Source: an uncultured Alphaproteobacteria bacterium
Lineage (GTDB): Bacteria; Pseudomonadota; Alphaproteobacteria; Rhizobiales; Beijerinckiaceae
Assembly (NCBI GenBank): GCA_963709655.1
Contig: CAVPXF010000015.1
Coordinates: 4,680 to 68,679, forward strand
Length of the DNA: 64,000 bases
Direction: 5' to 3'
The notes beneath the pieces were generated by a model. That model had not been told where the DNA came from. It worked only from the letters and a program-made list of their open reading frames with translations, and made no database searches. Shown in pieces: positions 10,275 through 19,187 of the stretch (its first letter is position 1; the number at the start of each line of letters is the position of its first letter). The position numbers and the translations under genes are program-made.

Positions 10275-11153
10275 TTACGGCAGGCCCGCGTGAGGCGTAT
10301 CGACGTCGACGATCTCGATCCGGCCCCGCGGCGCGGCGGCGGCGCGCTCAGGGATCGACGATGGCGCGCTCATCAGGAAGAGCGTCTTGCCGTCGTCGCC
10401 GCCGAGCATGCAGGCGTAGCAGTGCTGGCTGGTCGCGACGGTGTCCGGGACCTTCCCACCCTCCGCAATGCGGGCGCATTCGGGCCCGATGGGATTGGCG
10501 ATCCAGACCGCGCCCGCCGCGTCGAGGCAGATGCCGTCACGCACGCGCGGCCAGGTGGGGGCCCAGACGCGCCGGCCGGTCAAGGCGCCGTCCGGGCCGA
10601 TGTCGAACGCCGTCAGCCGCGCCCCCAGCGTCTCGCCGACGATCAAAGTCTTGCCGTCCGGGGCGATCACGCTCCCGTTGGGAAAGTGCATGTCGGCGGC
10701 GGCGGCTGTGACCGCGCCATCGGGCGCGACGCGCGCGAGCTTCGTCGCCGGGTGATCGGCGAACACGGCCATTTCGCCGCGCTTCAGGACCTCGTCGTGG
10801 AAATCGAAGCCGAAGTCGCCCACGTAAGCGCCGCCTGACCCGTCAACCACCTTGTCGTTGGACAGAAACGTCGCCACCCGGCTCAGGTCGGCGTGGACCG
10901 TCACGGCGCCGTCGGGAGCGCGCTTCAGCACGCAGCGGTTCGCCATCGACACGATCAGCATCGCGCCGTCCGGCGTCCAGCCGAGCCCCGAGGGCGCATC
11001 GTCGAGTTTGACCTCGACCCGCAGGTCGCCCGCGAGCGAGACCGATTTGACAGCCCGAGCGTAGAAATCGCTGAACCAGAGCCGGCCTAGCCGCCAGCGC
11101 GGACCCTCGCCGAAATAAACGCCCTCGCACAGGACGCGCGCGTCGCGGCTCAT
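10275..11153 (-). CDS. SMP-30/gluconolactonase/LRE family protein
   Basis: FGEGPRW, LWFSD, FPNG, DGICLDAAGAVW. Confidence 0.88.
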   Translation of the reverse strand: MSRDARVLCEGVYFGEGPRWRLGRLWFSDFYARAVKSVSLAGDLRVEVKLDDAPSGLGWTPDGAMLIVSMANRCVLKRAPDGAVTVHADLSRVATFLSNDKVVDGSGGAYVGDFGFDFHDEVLKRGEMAVFADHPATKLARVAPDGAVTAAAADMHFPNGSVIAPDGKTLIVGETLGARLTAFDIGPDGALTGRRVWAPTWPRVRDGICLDAAGAVWIANPIGPECARIAEGGKVPDTVATSQHCYACMLGGDDGKTLFLMSAPSSIPERAAAAPRGRIEIVDVDTPHAGLP

Positions 11154-11322
11154 CGCTCCTCCCCACAGGGTTTTGCGCTCGAACCCGGCGCCGATTAGCG
11201 TCGGCCCGGCAGACCGCGAGACTACCCTCGTGAGGCCGAAGGCGCCAAGTCGTCATCGATCTCCACAACGCCGAGGCGCGCCCGGTCTTGTCTGTCCGCT
11301 TGTTTCACGAAACAAGCTATTC

Positions 11323-12288
11323 ATGAGCATACCGACAGACCATCCCTTCGATTTCGATCCGACCTACGGCCTCGGCGTGGACGAGCTTCGTTCGGTCGAA
11401 CCACCCCAGGCGCCGCCGAGCTTCGATGACTTCTGGCGCGCGCGCTATGCCGGGGCGCTTGGCGTCGATCCGGAGCCGCGGCTTTACGAAAGCGAGTCGA
11501 GCCACCCGGACTGGCGTGTCTACGATATTGCCTATACGTCGACCGACGGGTTTGCGATCGGCGGCTGGCTGTTGGCGCCGCGTGCGGGAACGGTTAGGCG
11601 CGGGCTCGTCGTCGGCCATGGTTATGGCGGACGCGACGGGCCGGATTTCGACGTTCCCGTTGAAGAGGCGGCCGTGCTGTTTCCCTGTTATCGCGGGCTC
11701 TCGCGCAGTCGCCGGCCGCCGATTTCCAGCGATTCCGATGGGCACGTGCTGCATGATATCGACAGCCCTGAGCGCTATATCCTGGGCGGCTGCGTCGAGG
11801 ATTTATGGCTCGCCGTCTCTGCGCTGTCCGAACTCTATCCCGAGCTTGACGGTCGGATCGGCTACGCCGGCACGAGTTTCGGCGGCGGCGTCGGCGCGTT
11901 GGCGATCGCTTTCGACAGCCGGATCGATCGGGGCCATCTGGCCCTGCCGACCTTCGCCAATATGCCGCTCTGGCTGACGCTACCGACCGTCGGCAGCGGT
12001 CATTCCGTCCAGACCTATCAGAAGACGCACAAGGACGTGCTCAAGACCCTCAGCCTGTTCGATGCGGCGACGGCGGCTCGGCGGATCAAGATCCCCATGC
12101 TTCTCGCCGTCGCCCGCTTCGACCCCGCGGTGGCGCCGCCCTGCCAGTTCTCCGTCGCCAATGCGCTGCCGACGTCAAACCATCATGAAATCGTCATCCT
12201 AGATACAGGTCATTTCGACTATCCTGTCGGCGACGAGCAGCAAGCGCTCCTCATGGAAAAGGTCAGACGGTTCTTCGGGGCGGTATGA
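11323..12288 (+). CDS. Acetylxylan esterase / cephalosporin C deacetylase-like (CE7)
   Basis: FDDFW, GHGYGG, GTSFGGG nucleophile, FDPAVAPP, GHF. Confidence 0.8.
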   Translation: MSIPTDHPFDFDPTYGLGVDELRSVEPPQAPPSFDDFWRARYAGALGVDPEPRLYESESSHPDWRVYDIAYTSTDGFAIGGWLLAPRAGTVRRGLVVGHGYGGRDGPDFDVPVEEAAVLFPCYRGLSRSRRPPISSDSDGHVLHDIDSPERYILGGCVEDLWLAVSALSELYPELDGRIGYAGTSFGGGVGALAIAFDSRIDRGHLALPTFANMPLWLTLPTVGSGHSVQTYQKTHKDVLKTLSLFDAATAARRIKIPMLLAVARFDPAVAPPCQFSVANALPTSNHHEIVILDTGHFDYPVGDEQQALLMEKVRRFFGAV

Positions 12289-13013
12289 GACGAGAGTATA
12301 GGCGCTGGTATAGCCGGGCGCTTCATCGAGAGATGGAACTCCTGATCTTCGGTAACGCCGGAGCGAAGGTGCTGATGTTTCCAACGCGAGACGGGCTCTT
12401 CTGGGAATACGAGGAACTCGAGATCGTCGCGACTCTCGCCGACAAGGTCAACGCCGGCTGCCTGCAGCTCTTCTGCATCGAGGGGCTGGCGCGGGAGACC
12501 TTCTACGACGTCAGCCGTCATCCCGCCGACCGCATCCGCCGGCACGCCGCCTTCGAGGACTATGTCCTCCATGAGGTTCTGCCGCTGATGGCCTCGACCA
12601 ATTCCCATGAGTGCACGATGGCGATGGGCTGCAGTCTCGGCGCCTTCCAGGCCGCCGATCTCGCTCTCCGGCACCCGCACCTCATTCGCAAACTCGTCGC
12701 TTTTTCCGGCCGCTACGATCTGACGATGAACGTGGAATGCTTCGGCGACCGGTTCGACGGCTACTACGACGACGCCATCTATTTCCACACCCCGACGCAT
12801 TTCCTGCCCGGCCTCGACTGCCCTTGGCGGCTGGAAAACCTGCGTCGGATGGACATCGTTCTGGCTGTTGGCGAGACCGACCCTTTCCTCGACAACAATC
12901 GCCACCTCGGCCGCCTCCTTGACGAGAAGAGCGTCGGCCATCGCCTGCATGTCTGGGACGGCCGCGCCCACTGCCCGCGCGCGTGGCGGCAAATGGCGCC
13001 GCTTTACATCTGA
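12285..13013 (+). CDS. Putative esterase (alpha/beta hydrolase)
   Basis: REMELLIFGNAG, GCSLGAF, SGRYD, VGETD, WDGRAH; ATGA overlap. Confidence 0.85.
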   Translation: MRREYRRWYSRALHREMELLIFGNAGAKVLMFPTRDGLFWEYEELEIVATLADKVNAGCLQLFCIEGLARETFYDVSRHPADRIRRHAAFEDYVLHEVLPLMASTNSHECTMAMGCSLGAFQAADLALRHPHLIRKLVAFSGRYDLTMNVECFGDRFDGYYDDAIYFHTPTHFLPGLDCPWRLENLRRMDIVLAVGETDPFLDNNRHLGRLLDEKSVGHRLHVWDGRAHCPRAWRQMAPLYI

Positions 13014-13047
13014 GGCGCGAGGGACAGACCCTTCGGCGCCGGGGCGA

Positions 13048-14060
13048 TAGCCTCGGAAGGGTCGCGGTCCCGGGCGCGGAATCAATGTTTTCAAGGGATT
13101 GCGCGAGTTTTTCCGGGCGATCGCGCCGCCCGGGCAACCCGCGGCTGTCTTCTCGGGCCTTGTCGTCAGCATCGCCGGAGACGACGCGTCGGAGCAGCCT
13201 GACCCGACCGCCCGGATAGCTCCCCGGAAGGGTCGAAAACCCGGGCACGGAATCAATGTTTTCAAGGGCTTGCGACAAATTCTCCGGGCGAGGGCGCCGC
13301 CCGGGCGGCCCGCGGCTGTCTTCTCGGGCCTTGTCGTCAGCATCGCCGGAGACGAGGCGTCGGAGCAGCCTGACCCGACCGCCCGGATAGCTCCCCGGAA
13401 GGGTCGAAAACCCGGGCGCGGAATCAATGTTTTCAAGGGTTTGCGACAAATTCTCCGGGCGACCGCAACGCCCGCGCGGTCCGCGGCCGTGTTTTCCGGC
13501 TTCGTCGTGAGCCTCCCCGGCGCCGATGTGTCGGACCAGCCTGACCCGACCGCCCGGATAGCTCCACGGAAGGGTCGAAAACCCGGGCGCGGAATCAATG
13601 TTTTCAAGGGATTGCGACTGATTCTCCGGGCGAGGGCGCCGCCCGGGCGGTCCGCGGCTGTCTTCTCGGGCCTCGTCGTGAGCGTCGCCGGCGCCGACGT
13701 GTCGGAGCAGCCTGACCCGACCGCCCGGATAGCTCCCCGGAAGGCTCGAAAACCCGGGCGCGGAATCAATGTTTTCAAGGGATTGCGACAAATTCTCCGG
13801 GCGACCGCAACGCCCGGGCGGTCCGCGGCCGTCTTTTCCGGCTTCGTCGTGAGCCTCCCCGGCGCCGATGTGTCGGACCAGCCTGACCCAACCGCCCGGA
13901 TAGCCCCTCGGAAGGGTCGCGATCCCGGGCGCGAAATCAATGTTTTCAATGGATTGCGAGAGATTATTCAGGCAATCGCGACGTCTAGACGGCCCGCGAC
14001 CGTCTTTTCGAACCTCATCGCGAGCGTCCCCAGAGACAACGTGTCCGAGGAGACCGCTCC
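13048..14060. repeat. Tandem array of six ~171-bp units
   Basis: Core ATCAATGTTTTCAA starts at 13081, 13252, 13423, 13594, 13765, 13936 (exact 171 period); last unit degenerate. Confidence 0.95.
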
Positions 14061-14503
14061 GACGCTGATGAGAGGCCGCGAACACGATCTCGCGCCATGC
14101 CGCGCGGCGGCGCGACGCCCTGGTCGCCACGGTCCTTTGGCGCGCCGGGAGAAGTCGAGGGTTTCGGCCATAGCCCTGCTTTTTGCTCTTGTGCTCCAGA
14201 AAGAGCAGTATAGCAAATTTCGGTCCCGTCGAAAACACTTTGCTCACGGAGTTCGCGCAACGGACTGACACAACGTGATAATTGGGGGTTGCCGGCCCCG
14301 CCGCACGGGCTGGGTGGAACAAAGCGCCCGCCCCCGAGTTCGTCTCGCTCCGTCGGCCCGCGACCCCTCGCTTCCGGCGCGTTGATCGGGTGGAGGAGCT
14401 CAGCGCGGGGGAGAATGCTGGAACAGCATCAAGCAGCGTCTGTGGCGGTTGGAAACCTGAATTAAACTCGTCGCGCATTGCCGCCTCGACGACCGCGCCG
14501 CCT

Positions 14504-14745
14504 TTACGGCACTGCGGCGAGCAGCAGGAACACGCCGAAGATGGCCAGGTGCACGGCGCCTTGCAGGATGGTCGCCCGCCCCATCGCCAGCGTTAGCGAG
14601 CTCACGAACGGGGTGAGCAGCAGGATAGCCGTGCCTTCGGCTTGGGGAGGCCGAGCGTCGGAGCGAGACGCCGGCGCCGACGTTCGAAGCTCGGCGACAA
14701 GCCCCGAGAATTTAGGCTGTGAGGCTGGTCACGGCGAAGGCCGCG
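14504..14745 (-). pseudogene. Degenerate duplicate of the 3' end of the Ca2+/H+ antiporter gene
   Basis: Translates AEGTAILLLTPFVSSLTLAMGRATILQGAVHLAIFGVFLLLAAVP*, vs intact AEGTAILLLTLFVSSLTLATGRATILQGAVHLVIFGVFLLLAAVP* ending at 16303. Confidence 0.9.
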
Positions 14746-15135
14746 GGAAGGTGGTCGCCTCAAAACAGTTTGGGATCCGGCTCGCGGGGAAAGAGGGCAA
14801 GAGGCCAGGGAGCCGTAGTTGTGTCCAGCATCGAAAGATTGACGGGCCCGCAGGACGGCCTTGTGGTCGCGAGAAACGGTGGTTCGCCTTGGAGGTTTGT
14901 CGTCGTCACGGCGCTCGTGATCGTGCTGATGGCGTGTGCGCTTGGGTGGGTGACGTTCCAGTCAGACCCAGGAGCCTGGACTCCGTTGGGCGCCGTCGAG
15001 GGCGCCGTCGTCGATCAGTGACCGGCGGGATCAAGAATTGCCGCCGAAATCGTTGTGGTTGTCTGCGCGACCGTGTCTCCCTGCTCGTGTCCACGATGGT
15101 CGTCCGCTTCGTGCCCAACGGGGATCGTCTTGACG

Positions 15136-15609
15136 CTACTCTTCATCGGCGTCGTGCCCATTTTCAAGCTGTCGGCGCATAGCCTTCACGACGGCGCCCA
15201 TAGTTTCGATGTCTTTGACGGAATGACCATCCGCGAGACTGTCGGCCCACGGAGCCCACAGCTCCATGGCCTGGTCGAAGGTCTTCCGTCCTTTCTCCGT
15301 CAGAACGACGAGTTGCGCTCGCTTGTGATGCGGGTTCGGCTCGAAGTCGACGAGGCCCTCTTTGTGGAGGTCGTTCACGATCCGCTGCACGTTCTGGCGA
15401 TGGCCTCCCAGATCGCGCGCGATCCACGCGACCGGCTCCGGGCGATCGGCGTAAACGATCGCGCCGAGAACCTGCCAGCGCGCACTCGTCAGCCCGAGTC
15501 CGGCGACAAGTCTGTCCCCCATCATGAGGAGTCGGCTGTTGAGCCGGAACAGGTCGAGCATCAAGTCGGTCAAGGCCATGCCAGATGTGGTCGATTCCTT
15601 ATTGCTCAC
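15136..15609 (-). CDS. MarR family regulator
   Basis: GLTSARWQVLG, RQNVQRIVNDL, NPHHKRAQLVVLTEKG; start uncertain (15609 GTG or 15579 ATG). Confidence 0.9.
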   Translation of the reverse strand: MSNKESTTSGMALTDLMLDLFRLNSRLLMMGDRLVAGLGLTSARWQVLGAIVYADRPEPVAWIARDLGGHRQNVQRIVNDLHKEGLVDFEPNPHHKRAQLVVLTEKGRKTFDQAMELWAPWADSLADGHSVKDIETMGAVVKAMRRQLENGHDADEE

Positions 15610-15628
15610 GGGCCACCATAGAACCAAA

Positions 15629-15707
15629 TTGACGTCATGTTGTCATTATGATACGTTATTACCATACCGTGTTGACATGATATACCCAATTTGACGCGAA
15701 TTGTCAT
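15629..15707. promoter_or_regulatory. AT-rich divergent promoter region with TGAC-N7/8-GTCA inverted repeats (candidate MarR operators)
   Basis: TGACgtcatgttGTCA 15630-15645 and TGACgcgaattGTCA 15692-15706. Confidence 0.5.
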
Positions 15708-15781
15708 GTCCCTCCCGTACTCCGTGGCGCCATTTCGGGGGAACGCGGCGCGGTGGCGAACCGGAGACGAAAGGTGCGGCC

Positions 15782-16306
15782 ATGACAAAAGTGATCCATC
15801 CCATAGCTGGAGCCGTCGCGCTCCTGACCATCGCCACCTTCTGGCTCTCGACGGTCATCAGCGAATTGTCCGGCTCCACGTCGTTCGTCACGGCCGTCAA
15901 GACCGCAATTCCTTGGGGGTTCCTGTTGCTGATCCCGGCGCTCACGGCGACTGGAGGTTCAGGCTTCGGGCTTGCCAAGGGAGCGCACGGAGGTCTGATC
16001 GGAACCAAGCTCAAGCGCATGCCGTTCATCGCCGGCAACGGCCTCCTGATCCTCATCCCGTGCGCCTTGTTTCTTGCGTCCAAAGCGCGCGGTAGCCAAT
16101 TCGACACGTCGTTCTACATCGTGCAGGCGCTCGAACTCGTCGCGGGCGCGACGAACCTGACGCTTCTCGGCCTCAACATGCGCGATGGTTTCCAGTTGAC
16201 CGGCCGGTTTGCCGTCGACAAACGAACGTCCAACAGCACGCCCCATAGCGCGGCGACGGAGGCAAGCTGCTCCGGGTCGATTCCTGCGAAGAGCAACACG
16301 GTCTAA
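15782..16306 (+). CDS. Hypothetical 4-TM membrane protein
   Basis: Hydrophobic helices, ATFWLST, KLKRMPFIAGNG, QALELVAGATNL. Confidence 0.8.
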   Translation: MTKVIHPIAGAVALLTIATFWLSTVISELSGSTSFVTAVKTAIPWGFLLLIPALTATGGSGFGLAKGAHGGLIGTKLKRMPFIAGNGLLILIPCALFLASKARGSQFDTSFYIVQALELVAGATNLTLLGLNMRDGFQLTGRFAVDKRTSNSTPHSAATEASCSGSIPAKSNTV

Positions 16307-17406
16307 GGCACTGCGGCGAGCAGCAGGAACACGCCGAAGATGACGAGGTGCACGGCGCCTTGGAGGATCGTCGCTCGCCCGGTCGCCAGGGTCAGCGAGC
16401 TGACGAACAGCGTGAGCAGCAGGATCGCCGTGCCTTCGGCGTCGAGGCCAAGCGTCAGCTCGCGCCCGAGATAGAGCGAGACGCCGGCGACAACCGGAAT
16501 GGTGAGGCCGATGCAGGCGAGCGCCGAGCCGATCGCGAGATTGAGGCTGGTCTGCAGGCGGTTGGCCTGAGCGGCCTTCACCGCCGCGACGCTCTCGGGC
16601 AGCAGGACCAGCGCTGCGATGACGACGCCGAGGAACGACGGCGGCAGTCGGGCGGCGTGGATCGCGCGCTCGATCAACTCGGCCAGCGTCTCGGCAAGCA
16701 GCACCACCGCGAGCAGGCTGACGAGCAGCATGACGGCGCTCACCGCCGTCTCGCGACCCGACGGCGGGGCCGGCTCCTCGCCGATGTCGCTCGTCTCCTC
16801 GGGCACGAAATATTCGCGGTGCCGCACCGACTGGACGAACACGAACACGAAATAGAGGAGCAACGTCAGCCCGCTGACGAAGATGAGCTGGGTCGACGAA
16901 TATTGCGGCCCGAACTTGGCCAGGGTGAAGTTCGGCATGACGAGCGCCAGCACCGCGAGCGTCGCGAGCACGCTCAGCGCGGAGGCGGTGCCCTCGACCC
17001 GGAAGCCCTGCTCGCCATAGCGCGCACCCCCGACCAGCAAGCAGAGCCCGACCACGCCGTTCAGGACGATCGCCACCGCCGCGAACACCAAGTCGCGGGC
17101 GAGCGAATTTTCGATCCCGCCGCTCGACGAGAGCATGGCGGTCACGATCAGAGACGCCTCGATCACCGTGACGGCGAGGGCGAGCAGCACCGAGCCGAAC
17201 GGTTCGCCGACCTTGAGCGCGACCACCTCGGCGTGATGGACCGCTGCGAACACCGAGCCGAGCAACAAGAGGCCGGAGAGCGCCGCGACCCATGCCGTTT
17301 CGGCGGGGACGACGTGCTGATGCTCGAGCGCAAACAGAGCCAGCGCCGCCAGCGGCGGCGCATAGACCCTCCAGAAGGCTGCCGAATTCCCGTGGGTCCC
17401 GGACAT
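16303..17406 (-). CDS. Ca2+/H+ antiporter (ChaA/CaCA family)
   Basis: HHAEVVA..GEPFG..AVTVIE and VLLPE..NRLQTSLNLAIGSALA alpha repeats. Confidence 0.9.
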   Translation of the reverse strand: MSGTHGNSAAFWRVYAPPLAALALFALEHQHVVPAETAWVAALSGLLLLGSVFAAVHHAEVVALKVGEPFGSVLLALAVTVIEASLIVTAMLSSSGGIENSLARDLVFAAVAIVLNGVVGLCLLVGGARYGEQGFRVEGTASALSVLATLAVLALVMPNFTLAKFGPQYSSTQLIFVSGLTLLLYFVFVFVQSVRHREYFVPEETSDIGEEPAPPSGRETAVSAVMLLVSLLAVVLLAETLAELIERAIHAARLPPSFLGVVIAALVLLPESVAAVKAAQANRLQTSLNLAIGSALACIGLTIPVVAGVSLYLGRELTLGLDAEGTAILLLTLFVSSLTLATGRATILQGAVHLVIFGVFLLLAAVP

Positions 17407-17450
17407 GCGTGCTTCCCTGCGAGCATGATGACCTGAGGTCGCGCCGGAAA

Positions 17451-17550
17451 CCCTCACCTGCCGCTTCGCGGCTTCCCTCTCCCGGTGGGAGAGGGGCGGC
17501 GCTTCCCCTTCCCCCTCGGGGGGAAGGTGGCCCGAAGGGCCGGATGAGGG
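17451..17550. repeat. Palindromic intergenic repeat doublet
   Basis: CCCTCACC..CCCTCTCCC..GGGAGAGGG..CCTTCCCCC..GGGGGAAGG..GGATGAGGG, near-identical to 25895-25993. Confidence 0.85.
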
Positions 17551-17644
17551 CTTTTCGGCGCGGCGTGGGGATAGCCGATCGGGCGATGGGGCGATAGTCC
17601 GACGCCAGTCTATTCCGCGCCAGTCGCGTCCGCGGGACCGGCGG

Positions 17645-18866
17645 TCAGAGCCTGGAGACGACGGCGAGTTTGGTGATCTGGCCGGCCTCATAGGCGCGCA
17701 AAAAGGCTTCGTAATCCTTGACCGAGACGCAGCCGTTCGAATCGCCGTTTGGGCCGAGCATATAGGGATGGGCCAGCAGACCCGCCCGGCCGTAGACGCC
17801 GCCGTCGCCGACGGGCGTGAGGCGGAGCGCCTGCACGCCGTGGAACAACGATTCGCGCATGGTGAGTTGGTAGAGATGGGGCGGGGTCGGCCCGACGGCG
17901 CGCTCGCTCACGTAGCGCAGGTCGTCCAGCGCGGCGCCGAGGCCGGAATGGGCTTCGAGCCGCGTTCCGTCCGGCAGGTACACCGCTCGCGCGGAAATGT
18001 CGTAGATCGCCGTCTGCCGATCGTAGCCGAGCCGGTCCACGCTCGGGTGGCTCGAGAAGGCGCTGAAGAGGCCCGCAAGGCCGCTCCGGCCGTCGCCGGA
18101 CGGGCGTGTGGCGACGGTGGTCTCAGGCGACGCCGCCGGCGCGGGGGCTGCGGTTGGCCGGGGAAACGCAGGCGCGACGGGCGGCGCCGCAGGCCGGGAG
18201 GCGACGACCGATCCGGACGGCTCGCCCAAGCCGAGGAGCCTTTGGATAATGTTGGGTTGGTTGGCGGGGGCGGGGCGCCGGTTCGGGGACGGGCTGCGCC
18301 ACGCGGCGCTCGGGCGCGGCGAAATTCGGCGCCGGCTCGGCGAATTCCGGCGGGCGCGCCGGCGGCAGCGGCGCGGTGTCGTCGATCAACGGGACGTCGC
18401 GCACCGGCGGCAGCGGAACGGCGTCCGGCAGCAGGTTCGCCGTTGCAGGCGGCGCGGCCGGAGGAACGGGAGCGGATTCCGCGGGCGGCGGAACAGACAC
18501 GCCCGAAGCCGCGTTGGGCTCGGGCGTGAGGCTCGCGACGACCAGCGGCGGCTCTGTCGTCGCAGCGGTCTGAGCGCGCCACTCGGGCTCGACGATGATC
18601 GCGCCGAAAAGTTTGGCCGGGTCTTCGTTAGCCGCCAGCGTCAGGGCGGACGGCAAGCCCAGGCGCGCGGCTTGGGCGAGGCTCGCCTCGGACGACGCGT
18701 TGGCGACTGTAGGCGCTGCGCCGGAGTGGACGTGCACGACGTAGGCGGCGACGCAGCCGACCGTCGCGGCGATGACCGCGCCCAGAACGAAAGGACGCGC
18801 GCCTCTGCTGGAAGTGCGGTCTTCTTCCAAGGAAATCCCGCAAATTGTTGCGTTTGTCCCCTGCAT
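17645..18866 (-). CDS. DUF2778/Tlde1-like (L,D-transpeptidase-fold) protein with N-terminal anchor and Pro-rich linker; frameshift near 18270
   Basis: TAIYDISA..LEAHSGLG..GPTPP..FHGVQALRL..GLLAHPYMLGPNGDSNGCVS; N-part in ORF 18123-18866. Confidence 0.8.
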
Positions 18867-18921
18867 GCCCTGCCTACGCTTAACGCCTCGCTACGATGGG
18901 GGTGAGAGTTAGCGCCCTAAA

Positions 18922-18937
18922 GTTTAGAGGCGATTAA
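18922..18937 (-). promoter_or_regulatory. Possible CtrA-like site
   Basis: TTAA-tcgcctc-TAAAC on minus strand (consensus TTAA-N7-TTAAC) upstream of the DUF2778 gene. Confidence 0.3.
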
Positions 18938-19187
18938 CGCAGTTCGAGACGAAAAGCCAGACGGCGCCGTGTCGCGTCCCCGGCAAAGCGCGGCCCTGCG
19001 CGCTTGCTCCGCTGCAATAACGAGACTTTTTTCGAGGATCGGAAAGGCGTTCGGGGGTCCCCGTCTGGGATCCGGAAAAGCGCCGGAACGCGACCAAGCG
19101 GACGCCCTAGCCTTCTGTTTCCCCCGGCGGAAGGCGGGTCGAAGGGCCGGATGAGGGCGCCCGGCGCGATCCGTTCAGAATCTCGCC

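Noticed and set aside
13048-14060. 171-bp array as a CRISPR array
   Set aside because: Whole units are homologous with no unique spacers, the period is too long, and no cas genes are nearby.
12219-14478. 598-, 576- and 389-aa ORFs over the array as intact genes
   Set aside because: They overlap the esterase antisense or lack a credible start. Openness follows from a stop-free unit of 3n length. Kept only as a hypothesis of past coding.
14719-15021. 100-aa ORF with one TM helix
   Set aside because: It overlaps the decayed antiporter remnant and has no clear RBS; a shorter real membrane peptide cannot be excluded.
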